Assembly (NCBI GenBank): GCA_000934665.2
Contig: KZ537979.1
Location: forward strand, 124,001 to 179,781
DNA: 55,781 nucleotides
DNA from: Catajapyx aquilonaris
Lineage: Eukaryota
Direction of reading: 5' to 3'
The first letter of the stretch is position 1. Every line of letters starts with the position of its first letter. The notes beneath the pieces are model-generated. The model saw only the letters and a program-made list of their open reading frames with translations, was not told where the DNA came from and made no database searches. The translations under genes were made by a program, and so were the position numbers. Positions 25,331 through 39,949 of the stretch are shown piece after piece.

Positions 25331-27499
25331 GCCTGTATTGATGGAAACCACCCACAAACTTTGACAGTGCAGGTAGGCAAGTCCGGTCCTGCATAACGGT
25401 CAGATCTTGCCAATCAGGCGCGACCTGCGATACGGAGCTATCAATTGGGGACGATTCAGCTTGCAACAGCTCCCCCTGGATACACAAAATATGATTAATG
25501 CGAGGGTCGGAAATAAATCAGGACATGGAGGCATGGCGACTTGAGCGACCTCGTTCCGCACATGATGCATATTTGATGGCGGTTTCCAGTGGCTAATCGA
25601 CCACTTGGAGTTTGTGCGACGAGAGGGGACACTATGAAAGCTACGAAGCAACCGCGTGCGTGTGCAAACAGTGGGAGGAGTCCGGCTCACGACAAACTTG
25701 GCTGCCTTACTTTCAGTTCAGTTAGACACTAGGCTTAACTATCTGGGGTGTCATGCAAGGACCAATCGGCCGTTGGCTTTTCCGTCATTTCCCCTCAAAG
25801 AAAACACCGGCTGGTGAGGTGCAGAAGAGGCGAGAAAATTATGTCGGGAAATCTCATTGCAAGCCAGCAGTCGTGTTTTCTCTGCCGAGGAAAACCTGCA
25901 CCTTGACGATATTAGTATCTTTTAATGAGAGGCGGCTGCCGATTTCATTATCTCTGATAGCACAGGCTATATAGTGTGTCTTGGCGGAGGCTGCTGGAGC
26001 AGGAGTTGAGAAAACAAAGGCTTGGACCCTTGGAGGAAAGGCACAAAGGCAGTGGCGGGGATTTACCCAGGGAGCACTGTTCACAATGGGCACTGGAGCC
26101 TTACCACCCGATATGACACCCTGGTTAGTTTGGTCAGCCTGGCCTGCTGCTGGGTAAATAAAGCCAAAAATCTACATCGATCAAGCTCAAAATTATTTCA
26201 TCAAGACCCCTTATTAAAGCGAATGATTCGTTCCGGCCCGTTTGGAATTGGGGCTCGTATACTTGGGGGAAAACGGCTTCCAAATGCTCTCGCCGACCCT
26301 TACACAGGGCGAGACTTATTAGCGGCAGACTGCATTAGGCGGTACAACCAGCTAAATCATTAGGCCTGATCGTCCGCATTCAATATTCATTGCATTTCCA
26401 TCTCTAGTACCCCGTAATACGCACTTAAGTCAGAACGTATGGCACTGGGTATCCGCTTTCACTGATCGATATTTTATATCCCGCTCGTCAATTCCTACGT
26501 TCTTCTGATGCCATTTCTTGACGTCTCTCTCCATTTTTAAACTGGTCATAAAACCTGTTTTGTGGCCTGGGCTTCGCAGCTTTTTTTCCAGGTCAAGGCA
26601 TACCCCTCCTAAGGTATACTACAACACAATTGGGACAAAAACCACAATAACGTTCGTTGGTCTGCGACGCCCAAGATGGACAGTAATGTTGCGGATACAC
26701 AATCGTAATAGGTTAGTTGAACCAAATATGTTTTTGAGTGCAGTCATTGTCAACCGGGGCCCCCAGCAGAGTCTGAAATTCCAGCATAAAATTCCCACTA
26801 ATTCTAAAACTTAATTAACCATTCCTACTTGAAGTGAAGTGGAAAAGGAATAAAGCTGGTGAAATTCCGTTCTATCTTGGCAGCCCCTCTCCCAAAGCAA
26901 TATCTGCAGACATTAATAAAAGCACGCGGTGAATCTCCGTTCACGTGTTTCCCTGCGGCCCGCTATTGAGAACACATTCATTCCGACGGCATGGCAGCCC
27001 TCCGCGTTTTTTGGGTGGGCCAGGCGTGAATTATTTCCACGTTGCGGACGGAAGCAGCACTGCGGCACCTGCAATCGGAATCCTCTCGACGCGGGAAAAT
27101 TGGGCTTAACACCCCTGGTCCTTTTCCTTTCAACGTAGTGGCTCAAGTCACTAGTGTGACACACGTGCTTCAAGGATCGATGCAGGCTCGGCTTCACTAA
27201 TTAATCATAGTGAAGTGTGACAGCTGACTGACTCGCGCTAACTTCCAGTTGCCAGCTAATCCCTACCCTTCATCAAATATGCACAGGGTGTCAGTTTATC
27301 CTCTCGATTGCGGCTCGCTAGATGGGGCTGGCAGTCGGAGCGCCATCTCTGAACAGGGCAAGAACATCATGACTCTCCTGGCAACATGGCCATCAATATG
27401 TACCTTTTTTCATGCATCCCGAGCACGACCACGTTTCGCTTGATTTTGGGTGGGTAATTCAGCTAGCAGGCTCTGAATTCTGTATGACTCGACTGTTTT

Positions 27500-27860
27500 C
27501 GTGCTGCTGGGGAAGTTGTCACAGTTACCCAAGGACCCCCCAACAATACAACACGCCCACCACCCTGCGCCCTCTTTCGTGCAGAACGCTACTTCAACCC
27601 AGCTCATGCCACCTAAGAAAGGGTACACAACTGGCTTGATTTCAAACTTTGGGTAGGTTTGCAAAAAAAATTGGGACCAAAATGGGTCTCCGGATGCGGC
27701 ATGGCGTCTCGAAGGAATTCTCCGTAAGTAATTGCAATCTTTGGCGGCTACCCTACAAGCCACTCTCAATCCGTTTTGTCGGATTGGACCCAGATAGAAA
27801 CGGAAGACGCCGCCGCGTAAATCGAAAGCCACACAAGTCTGGAAGTGGCGAACGGCGATT
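27500..27860 (+). pseudogene. Possible degraded LINE reverse transcriptase N-terminal remnant
   Basis: PKDP...PTTLRPLSC (cf. PK...YRPISL), GLRMRHG (cf. GFRxxHS) and FVGLD (cf. VFLD) occur in order. Weak. Confidence 0.25.
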
Positions 27861-27964
27861 AGCTCTTTCACTCTGGCAATCTGAAACACCATCAACACTC
27901 AGTCCAAATAGGAAATCTCCCAACTAAATCTAAGACCTAGAGAACAGGGTTGCAAAGTTTGACG

Positions 27965-28031
27965 TGTGAGCCTAGCAAAAGATGGCGCTAGAACAGGGCT
28001 GTGTCCTGTTCTAGCGCCATCTTGGCTCACA
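27965..28031. repeat. Perfect 19-bp-stem palindrome containing two AGATGGCGCTA motifs
   Basis: aagatggcgctagaacagg (27979-27997), a 7-nt loop, then cctgttctagcgccatctt (28005-28023). The stem extends via tgtgagcc/ggctcaca after a 6-nt bulge. Confidence 0.85.
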
Positions 28032-30507
28032 GAGCTAGTTTGTCCACAACATTATTGGAGGCATAGAATTTTTTCGGTACAGGGGCTTTGGGGACTACAG
28101 ATGGGGGAAAAAGTTCCCCAGACACGAATTTCGATGTAAGTGTGTTGTTAGTGCCAACGTGTCTCGCGTTTTAAGAAACCGAGTTCTGTTCAAATGCTTT
28201 TCCTTGGAGATTCCCCCAACTTGCTAAAGAAATTTGAACCTTCCGCGACAATCCTGATTGCCTTCCCCAGCGGAGGACTCTTCCATGGAAAAAGATGGCT
28301 GGGGGTAAGAAAAGTGGGAGGTAGGGGAAGAAGCGAGTCAAAAACTTTTTTTTTTTCAGTTCACGTCAAACAGGTGAGCAAAGCATGGGAAGTTTATTGA
28401 AAAAAACAATGTCGTCCCCTAGAGGCGGTTCCTTGATCAAAAGCTTAATTCTTTCCGATTCAATCTTGAGCCCGAAAATCTTTGGAACATGCTGGCTCGT
28501 ACCTTTTGATTTACACGGCTATATGTAAAAATGAATATATCACAGAGTCGAAGAAATGACATTAAAGGTATATTAGACAGAAAGATACGTACCCGGTAGT
28601 CGACTTTTTGACCTGGCGAATTATTAATATGGCGCTTTTATTACTTTCTGTACTGAGTCCACGGGAGATTCACGTATTTGCATTCGTTTGCGTGCTGTTT
28701 CCATAATTCACGCTCTGACACTGATGAAAAAAGGGAAGCTAGGAGCCATCATCAAATTTCTTTTCCGTTTCTTCAACTTACTTATTTACAAGCCAGCCAC
28801 CCACTGAGCTGTACTATGAACCAAATCTTGAGCTCTATCGCGAGAATAGACCGTGTGGGAAAATTCAGGCTGCAAAGTCCGGATATATACTTTTGATTAC
28901 ACGCCAAAGTTGGACCTCCCCCCCCCCCCCAAAAAAAAACATTGGTGCTGGGGACATTCGAGCATGACGCATTGTCCGGCCCATAACACGGCCCCCAGCA
29001 TCACTACATCTGCTACATTCGAAGGCATCACAAACAAAGCGGCCGAGCTTTAATGTTGAATGCAGCGCGGCTAAGCACGGGGAATATGCCAACAATAATC
29101 CGGAAACGAAACGGTGGCCATACTCCCAAAATATTCAGCGTTACGAGCTGACCATTTGCCTTAATGGAACGAACAGTAGGGGGCAGCAATGCAGTTTCAG
29201 CACCATCTTGGGACTCGCAGGATGGCCACAGGCCCAATTATTTGAGGACTGCTCAGAGCAAACACAAAAATAAAATATACTGTATATTCAGATTTTTAAA
29301 AAAATACAGGTGTATAGCGACAAGCTATCGTAAATTCTTTAGGAGTGATTCAAAAGGGTCTGGAGCAATTCACGCAAGAGTATAGGCAGGGTTGCATGTT
29401 TGGCACCGTGGGAGGATCTTCCATTTGTACCTCTCCCTCCTCTGTTCTTACCTTCCAGCTACAAGTTGCAAATATCATGCGATGCCCTTGAAGGTCTGTT
29501 ATGCTCAAGGACGAACCGCCACCTGTTCCATCACCAAATCCGACACGCTCCGTTTCTTACCTGCAATCAAGAGGTGAAAGAAAAGGTCAATCCTCATCCC
29601 ATTCAAGCCCCCTTTGACCTTATGCAACTGGTCAATCAACCCGATTTTGGGCCAGGGTTGCCGCAGTGACACACGACCAAAGGAGGTGCCCAAATTCCCT
29701 GCAAGCTGTGGACCAAATCCTTTCAAGCGATTAGCTCTTCAGAGACCATACAACAAACTAGCAACTGTTGGGCCAGTCCAGGCCCAAAGTTTGAGCCCAG
29801 TTTCAATAAAAACTACATTGCACACAGCTTCTACTGTACATCAGAGGCTTACAGTTCTTTTCCCCTAAAATGGCCGAAAATGCGGAAAAGAAGCTTGGTG
29901 TCCAAGCGTTATTATTTCATCAATTGTTTCCCCACCCATATACCTATATACTCGGGCCTAATAGCTTTCACATTATGATAAAAACGAAATGTCGCGTTTG
30001 CATTTGTGAGCCACACATGGCGAGCCCCACCGATTCAAATAAGCAGTAACTGAAATTGTGTCCCACTTTAATTACACACGGATTGTAAAATGTGTGCCAG
30101 GCCAGTTTCAATGGCCGACTATTGCTATGATTGCATTTTTTAACAATGTTGACAGATTTACCGGAGCGTGTGGCTGCACAACTTTAGGCCCGACCGTTTC
30201 GTTTTATTGGCCGTGTACTGGAATAATATGAATTGCACATTTTTTGGTGAGGGGGGGGGGGTTGCTCTGTTGGAAAGAAAGCCAAACCCCGCCCCTATGC
30301 CCCCAACTCTGCGGTGGTTTTGACGTCGGCTTTAATCGTGGTTTATTAACAACAGGGGAGGGGTCTTTGGGACTAACGCGAATTGGGGCCAGTTTTGGTC
30401 GGGACCTGGTTCATCGGATATTGAAGCTGGTCACATTGTTGAGCATCTTGGGCGGCCACTAGCGACGTATGAGGAGTACACACGCACCGGAGATGGCTGA
30501 CTCAGGT

Positions 30508-30542
30508 NNNNNNNNNNNNNNNNNNNNNNNNNNNNNNNNNNN
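30508..30542. other. Assembly gap (35 N) abutting a poly-C run
   Basis: A run of N is followed by a C homopolymer to ~30558. Confidence 0.99.
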
Positions 30543-33500
30543 CCCCCCCCCCCCCCCCACAGGCAATATACAGGAAAAACAGAAGGCCGGCCACCCCTTC
30601 TCCTACCTTCATCATTATCCACTTCTTTCGCCAATTTCACCCCCCTTGCGTGACCTTCGAGTCAGGCCAGCTCCTGATTAGCCCCAGCCGCCGGCTCCCA
30701 ATCACCATTGGCTATTTATTTAGTACAGGACAAGCTTACATATTCAAGGTTTGTCACATTGTCTTTCAAATAATCCGTTGTCGCCATAATAATTAAATAG
30801 GGGCTAGCTATATCTTGCCCATGTCTCCAGTATATTCGGTGCAAATGAATACCATGTTTTTGTTTTTGCTGGGGGCTGTTTTTCCGCTGGGGGCTGGCCA
30901 GGGCAGGGGCGCAGCTCCAAACCAGCTGACAATTAGTTGAACTATGTACAGCCTAGGCTTCCCCCCACCCCCCACCCGGCCGATAACCTAGTTACCCCAG
31001 CGTACTGATAACTGGCTACATGCATTTGCTTTCTGCCTAAGGAGCCGTCCCACGCAATGGCGACCAGATTTCCTCAAATGTCCAGCCTGTTTTCATGCAC
31101 CGCGCGCCGCTGCTTTACATGACAATGATGACACCGGCTCTGTAATCATCCTATGTATCATGCTCAAGCGCGGTTATTCTACACGCAAGGTTGTAGATAT
31201 GTTATTCCGTGTTTGGACGCAGGAGCCAAACGGCGACTAATAATAACGTCGCCATGTTGGAAACCCGCGGTTTCCCATGCTCTAATTAATTCTTGCACAA
31301 CCGGTTCCGAATGAAGCTCCGGTTCACACTTGTACCCTGCAGGTTGTGTCGTACGTGATACGTAAAAAACCCAAGCCGGGACATGCCGCTTTGATGATTG
31401 GTTGAATGAAGGTAATGACAGCGTCTTTAAGTGTTTTGCCCTGCAGGCCATATTTGACCCTTTTCGATATTACGGTGCGCCCAACATGTAGTGGTCAACA
31501 ATGAAAAATGTAGCAAATAAGGGGCTGAAGGTGGCAAAGGATCTTAGGAAGTGTTGAGAGACAAGATGATAAGTGTGGGTAGGAAGCGTAGAAAGTCTGC
31601 CGGGCTGGTAGGGTAGTTTGTAAGGGGCTTGGGAGTCGTCTTGGCGTGGAATTAGCTCCTCCGGGCCAGAACACTGTCTCATCTTGGATCACAGGTTCTC
31701 CGAGATTACGACCTTAATAAAGCTTCTGGTTTCCTTGACTCAGCTCGCCAGGATTACACAAGGCCAACTTGCAAGACTAGTTTTCAGTTCTACTCTCTAA
31801 CACCTACATAATGAGGTGGTGATGCGGGATCGAACCCAAATTATGTGTATACTATTTCGACTATTAATGGAAGAGTGAACAAGAGGGCAGTCAACCTAGA
31901 GGATATGTCAAATCAATCTGATGATGCGGTTTCTTCTAGTGGTTAAGACTCTTCATTATATTTAGGTCCTGTGTTGGCCGACTAAACGTGGCCTTCCCCA
32001 CATCAGAATAATCGATTTAATTCTTGCGACTCATGTCCAATAGGTTGAAAGTAAGCACAATTAATTGCTCATTACCGCTATTTGCTGTCACATCAAAATA
32101 ATTACGTGAAAATCAAACACGGCATGGAATTCACTGAATACCGCAAAGCACAAACTCATTATCTCCTTTTCCACAGCGAAATGTTATTACCGCAATGATT
32201 TTAAATGCTCTGAAAAAGATCTGGGGAGGGGCGCGCTTCATACATAATACCTTGGGATGGTTTCCATGTCCAAATTGCGGGTGCGTAATGTGCCGTTACA
32301 ATTTGTTATTTTAAACTTTTCATCAATTATAGGAGATCCCGGAATAGTCAAGTACGTCACAGCCGCTTCCACCGTGCATATACCAAGCAAAATCTTTGAC
32401 CGAACCAACTACAAATATTGGATCTGGAATCTGCGCAAGGTTCACTGGACAGCGTGCTTTAAAATTCAACCAAATATTTGCACTGCTCTGATGTCTGCAT
32501 CGGACAGTCGTATGATGACGCATTCATGCAACTACGCCGGTCTTCCGAGTTGCATACATTATGCGCATAACTTGTACCAGTACTGCCTAGCCCCGCAGTA
32601 AATGAATGAGAATCAATGAACAGTTCCGATAAATATATCGTATGTGCAATTAGGTTCAAAAATCATTCGACCATTTCCTACGATTTAAATATAGCATAGG
32701 GATCATCGTGCGTGTATTTACGCCCATTCCACCCAAAATGAAAATTATAGACTAAATCGATTTTCCTCCTTTTCATCAAAATATTTCATTTTGGCCAATG
32801 TTACCAAAGCCTGCCCCACATCTAAAGCGAATAATTACAAACCAAGTGGGCTTGGGTTGGCCATGACGCCCAGTGTTGTTGCTCCATACTGTATATTGCC
32901 ATACGTCCTGTGCAGTGTACGCCTTGGGCATCTACCCTGCTTCTTGCTCCTGCTGCTGCCTGACAATTACAGCCCAACTCGTTTAGGTCGCCAGCAGCAC
33001 TGGTTGCCAAGTCAAGTCGCCTTCCTGTGTGCATACAGTGTGCACCAACCAGTTTTCTGCCAGAGTCCCAGCTTCTTTCTGTTTTTGCTCTTTCCCCTCC
33101 AAAGATCACCCTCTTTCTCTACGCCCAAGGGATTATTATTTATTTTTCAACAACTCTTTTTTTTCCTCAGCTCTTTCTCCATCTGCTCCATAACTCAAAT
33201 ATGGCGTCGCTCAAACGGGTAGCACCAGGATTAGTTGAAAAAAGGGGGGAACGGAGATGTTTCCTATTCTGGTCCCAAAATTTCACCTGCGGGCTTATCT
33301 TTATTGCCAGGCCTTCATTTATCACCGCTGTTTAACATTGTTCCATGTGCTTTGCCAGAGAGCAGTTGGGATAACAACTTCCTTTTTGCTCCGCAGCCAT
33401 TACTTTTCAGGCGCGCTCCGAGAAATATCCTCGACTTGAGGTGGCAACTCGAATGATAAGCGCGGGAGGGAGGCAGCTCATCCCCGGCCCCCGCCAAAAG

Positions 33501-36169
33501 GTACTATAAGGCTAATAAAAAATGATCATTTGCTCTGAGGGGTTAACCCCAAGCTTCTTCCAAGGGCGCAGACGTCTTTTTCCTCCAGATTCCTATCATA
33601 TGCTGCCGAAGAAGTGGTGTCACCGGTTTTCTTCCAAACCGGAAAAGGCCAAACCAACCCCAGTTAGCGCTGTAAAGCAATTTGCAGGAGCCCAGAGCCC
33701 TCTATCCATCGGGAGGGGTCCATAATGCAAAGGAGTTTCCGGCATCCTTCGGAAACACCCTGGGTTCTTCAACCCTGGCTCCCCAAAACTTATCGGTCCG
33801 TGGAGATCCCGTCATTAGGACAGATTATTCCATTAGGCAGTATTGAGAGCGTTGCGGATTCCCCGTGATGAGTTAATTAGAGATGTTGTGGCCAGACTCC
33901 CCCACCCCCCTCGGGATCTTTTGAGGTGCTCAGGTCCTAGGGAATATTCCGAATGATAATCCCCCCAGCATCTCTGACACCAGGGCTTCCCCACCGTATA
34001 CTGTCTACCGTGTATAGACTTCCCGCTCAAGGCTGATTAAGCCCGTAAACTATGGATGCATCGGACGGCCGAGAAAATTGAACCATCAATCTCCAAACAC
34101 CGGCATTGCCTGCGGGGTTCAGGCAACCCAGCCACCCCACCTTCAACCCGTTGGAAATTCGTTCTTCGCATTTTCTGAGGGACACCCCGCCATGCTGTCA
34201 CTTGTTTCTCAAACTCGGCACAAATGCATGTATTAATGAGTTTCTGACGTCATACACCATAAGGTACTTTCCAATGGTGCCAAGGTTTGTTCCGGCTCTG
34301 TTGGCTACGCTTTAATGTGGGTTTAAGCTACATGAACCGGGGCACGGGTATGCGCGCTTCGTTAGGTCAGGTAGGATAACTCTATCACAAATCAGCCACA
34401 AGTAATTAGGAATGTCATCCTACATTTGTGATTGGACTCAAATTTTGCCATGCCGGGTTCAACGAGTTGTTAGGCCATGACTGGAGCACAACGTTATTTC
34501 CAGCTCCCCAGGGTCGGTTATAGTCAAAAGGTGGAAAATTCATGAAATGAGCCACACACTATTACCAAATATATGCCCAAAAGTACCATTCGGTTAGCCC
34601 GAGATGGACACTTGAAAAATGTGAGCCAGTAAAATGGCCTCTCAGAAGTGATAAATAGTGGCAAAAAAATCGCTAACTGAAACGCTCAACTATTGTGAAA
34701 TAATGTGAACACCACCAAGCTTTCGTAATAATAAATAAACTACTTTTCCAGATAGTTTGAACATAGTTTTAAGAGGAAACCAGCAGTGTCTTCCACCTCT
34801 CCAAACCCTTTAACTTGAGGAGATATACTGTAGGGCGATCTGTCAGGGAATTACCCGGTAGTCTGTTGGGCCACTACCTGCAGCTAATCCAAGTCGCTAG
34901 CTGATCTCACGGAATAATTGCCAGTGAAGTAGGACAAAAGAGCACAAAAGGAGCAAAAAGAAGCAGGGAAGCAGTCGGCTGCCTAACGAGACGTCCAAAT
35001 TATTTTTCCTTGATATTGGGTTCCACACGAAATTAACTCTTCCAGCAAGGCTGCAGCAGGCGTAATTTTCAGTTTATTAAAAAGAAAGAGGGGGAAGGAG
35101 GCGGGTGAGATGGTAGGGGAGGTGGAAGGGAGAAGCGGCGCAGAGAGAAGAAATACTGCAGTGGAAGTCTCCGGACGCTTGTCGCTGTTTGTCGTTGACG
35201 GTGAAGGTTTGTCGGGGAGACGATTATGTTTAGGCCATTTCCCTCCGTCACTTGGACTGAATTTATGGGTCTGAGAGGCCATGCAGGACGAGACTAATTG
35301 CCATCTTGCCCAACTGATAATGTCTTTTGCACAACTCGTTTCTGGACGCAAAGACCTACTCTTTCGGAAGGTAGACTTCTTTTTGTCCCTAATCAGGCTA
35401 ATAATGCGACTCGTCTTGTCGAGGCCGTGAGAACTGTCACAAAGACCGGGAGAGATGGTTGGATAGCTCCATCTCTGTTGCCACCTGCTGCAGTCTGGAA
35501 TGCTGCACTGGTTATATATTGTTGCAGAAGATGTACAGCAGTGTATTGGAATGCACTACGGCAGGCCAGAGGTCAAGTCGCGAATGTGGGATGCCCTTCA
35601 GATGAGGTGGTTGGCAACCCTCTGAAGGTCACATGAACCGGCCTGCACTCCTTTCGAAGGCGTTACCTTCCCATGCAGGCCTATACCTGTAGTATGTGAT
35701 GGCCACGCGTCACGGCGAAGAGGAATGTAAAAAAAGTTTAAAGCACTATGACTCCAGCAACAGAAAATAACGCAAACAATCATCCTTGTAAGTAGGCTTG
35801 GAATAAATGGAGCTCCAAAATAAGCAGCAAATTTGATGAAAATTACAATAAATATTTTAAAAGGCACACATCTATCTTCGAGTCCGCCATAAAATATGAA
35901 TTTGCTTAATTTTTAACATGTCATGTGTGAACCTCAGTAGAAAAGTAGCCTACTTGAGATTTCAAAATAGTGAGTGTCTTTCGATTCGCCACAATTTATG
36001 GCACTGCACTTCAACCAGTGACACGCCAAAGAAAAGTCTCTCTAAACACGTCCTCTTCCCTAGATAGCTCCTTCTGTAGCAAGCAACATCCATCACTAGG
36101 GGCCAATCCGGAACACGCCAGTGAGGACCTTCACACTCAGATCTTTCTTGCGGCAGTATATTATTCGCT

Positions 36170-36500
36170 CTGTGAAATGTCGTGAAGAAGCGATTAGCAA
36201 AGGTTCATCTTTTGCACTGATTTGTAGTGTGCTGAAGACTAATATTAATAGCGGACCGGACGATGTTCCTATACCAGTTGATCCTGGGCCAGGAGCATAC
36301 TGTATGACGTACTGCCGCTTTCACGCACAATCACGAAATAAAATGGAGATGTAAAGGCCTAAAACTATGTTCTTTGTGCGTTTAGTTGGCCTTTTATCAG
36401 CAATATCTATAGGTACTTACATTGAAAGGCTTTCACGCTGCCAAAAGTCGGCTGCTCGTTCAATATTAGTTCATTCAGATGAATGCAAAAATAGGCCACC
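36170..36500 (+). pseudogene. Degraded, internally deleted LINE (CR1/L2-like) fragments
   Basis: LKTNINSGPDDVP (cf. LKxxKSxGPDxIP) is followed by YIERLSRCQKSAARSIL (cf. IxxLExVQxxAARxIL). Confidence 0.4.
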
Positions 36501-38213
36501 AATCGTAATCAGCCTATCTGTTATCAGGGAGTACTTAGCCTGCAAGTGATTTTCAGGTGGAAAGCTCGTGAAATGAAAATTGAACAGCCTTTAATAGGCT
36601 TCGGGAGTAGGTCTGTCAGTCCCCTACTTAATACAGGTGCACTTAATGCAGGTCGTTGCATCTACTTGATCATTCGCAATGGAATATTACGTCTATTCAG
36701 TTCCGAAGTTGAGGGAAGAGGACGCTGGGGACCCCCGATTATACGCCATGACATGAGGCAAGACACAGCGTCATGGCAGCCAGTACATTCAGTCCCGGTT
36801 CATATTCGGCCGCTTCAATTCCATTATGATTATTGTTTTGTCCCATCATTGCCTAGAGCCCAATAAAATTGCAGCTGGCTTCCCCCCAAAGTTGGCACAG
36901 CTGACTCCAAAGCTGTCTCGTCCCCAGAATTGCACATTGTCACTGGAAATGACGCGGCGGCCACTTATGCTGGCAGCTCCCAGGCCCAGGAAACAACAAT
37001 TTGCGCAATGGATGGGAAGTCGGCCAAAAGACGCTGGTTGTACATCATTCTTAGCGATCACATTTGACCCAGCCGCCAGAGAAGCTGCGGTGTCCCCAGA
37101 CGCGACTGCCATCCACCATCCATTTTTTCCCCCTCCATACCTCCAAGCCGAATCGAACGTAAGTAATTGAAATATTGTCCTGGGACCTCTGTATACTCCA
37201 CGACGCCCTCGAGAAAGAGTTTGGAGGGTTGACCTATAGGCGATTTATTCCTCCTACATTTTAATGCCACTCTTTCCGGCCTGGATCGTTTCTGCTCAGC
37301 TTCTTCATAAATCAAACTCCTCAACAGATACATTCATTAGAAGGTATATCTATTGGCCATGGTGCATACAGTTGAAACCCATGTTATCATCGTGTCGAGC
37401 GCCATGTTTAGAATTCATGAGCCCTGGCCGGAAAGTAAGGCAAAGGGGGCGAGCACAAGCTCGGAAGCAAAGAGAAAAGGGGGTGGTGGAAGGTAGGTGG
37501 TGAGGGCCTTTTCCTTTCAGGGAGCTCAGTCAGTGTGTGGGGGGTAGGGGGTGCTGTTGGCGGCTCGTAAAGCAGCCAGCTCTCCGGGTTTCCGCAGACG
37601 GGAAGAAACGAGCCGCCTTTTCTCACTGGGAACAAAGCACGGCTTGTCGCTCAAGCCCTCCCCACCACCTTTTCCCCCTTTTCCCGCAGGACTTGACGAA
37701 ATGAGATCTGGATATTATACACTACGTAGCCTATATATCGAAAAGCGTTGCAGGGGAATTTCCGGAGCACCTCCAACTCCCCTTTTGTAACCCCCCAAGA
37801 TAAGCTGCCAGGAGGTGAGTGAGCTTTCTGGGCCGCCATTTTTATTCCCGCTGTTCTCCGCTTCAATCCCTGCCTAAGGACTGTTCGCCTGCTGGCTTCA
37901 CAAATTTCATCCAGGCCCAGACATTATTTGCACTTTTTTACCGTCTTTTCTCGCGTCCGAGGCAGGCCCTGCCATTGATATCGATGGCCAGAATGGCTGT
38001 CTGACCGGATACCCCCCGTAAACCTGTTCTGATAGAAGCTGGATAGCAAGAAGAACAGGTATCAAAGGCAACGGAGATGAGACTCAGGACACAATGCTAA
38101 GAACCTTGTGGCTATACAGCGTTGTTGATGAACGCTACCGAGTAACTTGCTGGGTTGCTAGAGGGGCGGTCCACTCTAAGGTGGCCCTGTTAGGGCAGGC
38201 AAAGTATTTTATA

Positions 38214-38408
38214 CTCGAATGACACGGATGTACTGCCACAGAAGGGTGGAAATGTCTATAACCGATCCTATTACCAAATATTCTCAATTTTGAGACTTAT
38301 CTAGCATTCCGTGGCATCTAAGCTATAAGTGTGCCAAGTTTCAGCTCTGACGTCTAGAAGTTGGTTAAATAGTCAGAACGCACAAAGTTTTTGATTGATT
38401 TATAGAGA
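38214..38408 (-). mobile_element. Short non-autonomous Helitron-like fragment
   Basis: The minus strand begins A|TCTCTATAAATC, a Helitron-type 5'-TC after A. It contains ctgaaacttggcacac, typical of insect non-autonomous Helitrons. The 3' CTRR/hairpin end is degenerate. Confidence 0.4.
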
Positions 38409-39949
38409 TTTGCCCTTTCAAAGTTGTCTGTAAAATTCACGCACAAAATTACCTCAATGTTCCCATAAGGAATATAGTTATAAGCTTCAAGCTGTTCCCA
38501 CACTGAACTCCCTCTTTGTCGGTGAACTGTACGACGAAAAGAGCTTTATAATACCCATCTGGTATAATAGTCTCAGGTTGCACTATACAAATCCGTTCCC
38601 AAGAAATGTACATCTCTTACAAGTTAGTTACTTAGGTATAATTAGGCGGCCTATATTTAGGCACAGTCTTCTGTTCTTCCTAGCACAAAAGGCGGCAAAG
38701 CTTTGAAAATCAGAACTGACAAGAGCAATTTTTGGCCAAACTGACTTAAGGCTCCCTTTGAGTACACCCGACCATGCAGTATCAAGTTCCATGCAATTAT
38801 AGTCCTATTATCATCACATTACAGGCTGAATCAAAAGTAACAGCCTAATTGTATTGCAGCAACTGCGACAGTTTATGCAATTACTTGACAACATTGCATG
38901 CCCTATTCACACTAATAGTGCACTGTACATACACACAGGCTGCGGTGTTGTTGTTAAGGGTTTGAACCTAATTAGGCACTCCCTTTATTGGTGTGTATAC
39001 AGGGCGGCACGCGGCCTAAGTTGACACCTCCGGAGGTGTAAAACATAATGAATCACTCACTCCATTATTGCAGGCCACATTCACATCGGGATCTACCAAT
39101 GGGAATGGGCATGCGCGACTATAGCGAGATATCAACTCAGGCAGCGTACCACCCTATACAGTATAATAATGTAAAGCTTCTTTGACTGGCCCACTGGGTA
39201 TTTAAACAAACAAATAAGCCACATTGCATTATTATAAAATTATTATTGAATTCATCTAATTAACATTTATCATCTTATTAGTCTTTCGAGCTCGTAAATT
39301 TGTGTGGCAAAATGAACAAATTGTGATTATTTTTGGTCATTATTTTCTGACTCCAATAGCTGATTGTTCCAAAATACCCACACTTCCTTAATTAGAACCA
39401 TGCAATCACTATAGCAGCCTGCCAATTACAACTCATTAAATTTTTGCAAAAACCATGAAGCTTAAAATTAGAATTTTAACATCGTTATATTTTAGTTGAG
39501 GTAAAAAAGAGAGACAATATTAGGAAATACTTCAGTCCCGGATTAACCTTAGCACTGCACTGCCTGAAATATGAGCCCTTATTAATGAGCAATTAATGTG
39601 TACACGTTTACATAATATTATTTTCTTAAATGCAGATGATCAAAACTATGCGTACCACTTTAATGTGGTGTGCTGTCCCACAATAATAGAGGGCAACTCA
39701 ATTTCATACCCCAATGAAACCGCGTTCCTGTCTGTTACGAGCGTGCAAAAACAACAAAGTCCACGTCTTTAACATCATTATTTTCACAACACTGCAGAGA
39801 AAATTTATACAGCAGCGACGTCAAAGTGAACGGTAAGGAGGGGATGCAGAATGTAGCTAAATGTACCTACACCTTAGGCTCTTGTGCAGATAATATTAAC
39901 CCAGTCAGCTCCTGCGAACCTTGGTTAGGTAACTCTCAGCGTCAGTCCT

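Noticed and set aside
26917..26952. 13-nt match gcacgcggtgaat to mature miR-124
   Set aside because: The seed differs (taaaagcac vs taaggcac), the 3' end differs, and there is no upstream star arm. Only a tiny local hairpin is present.
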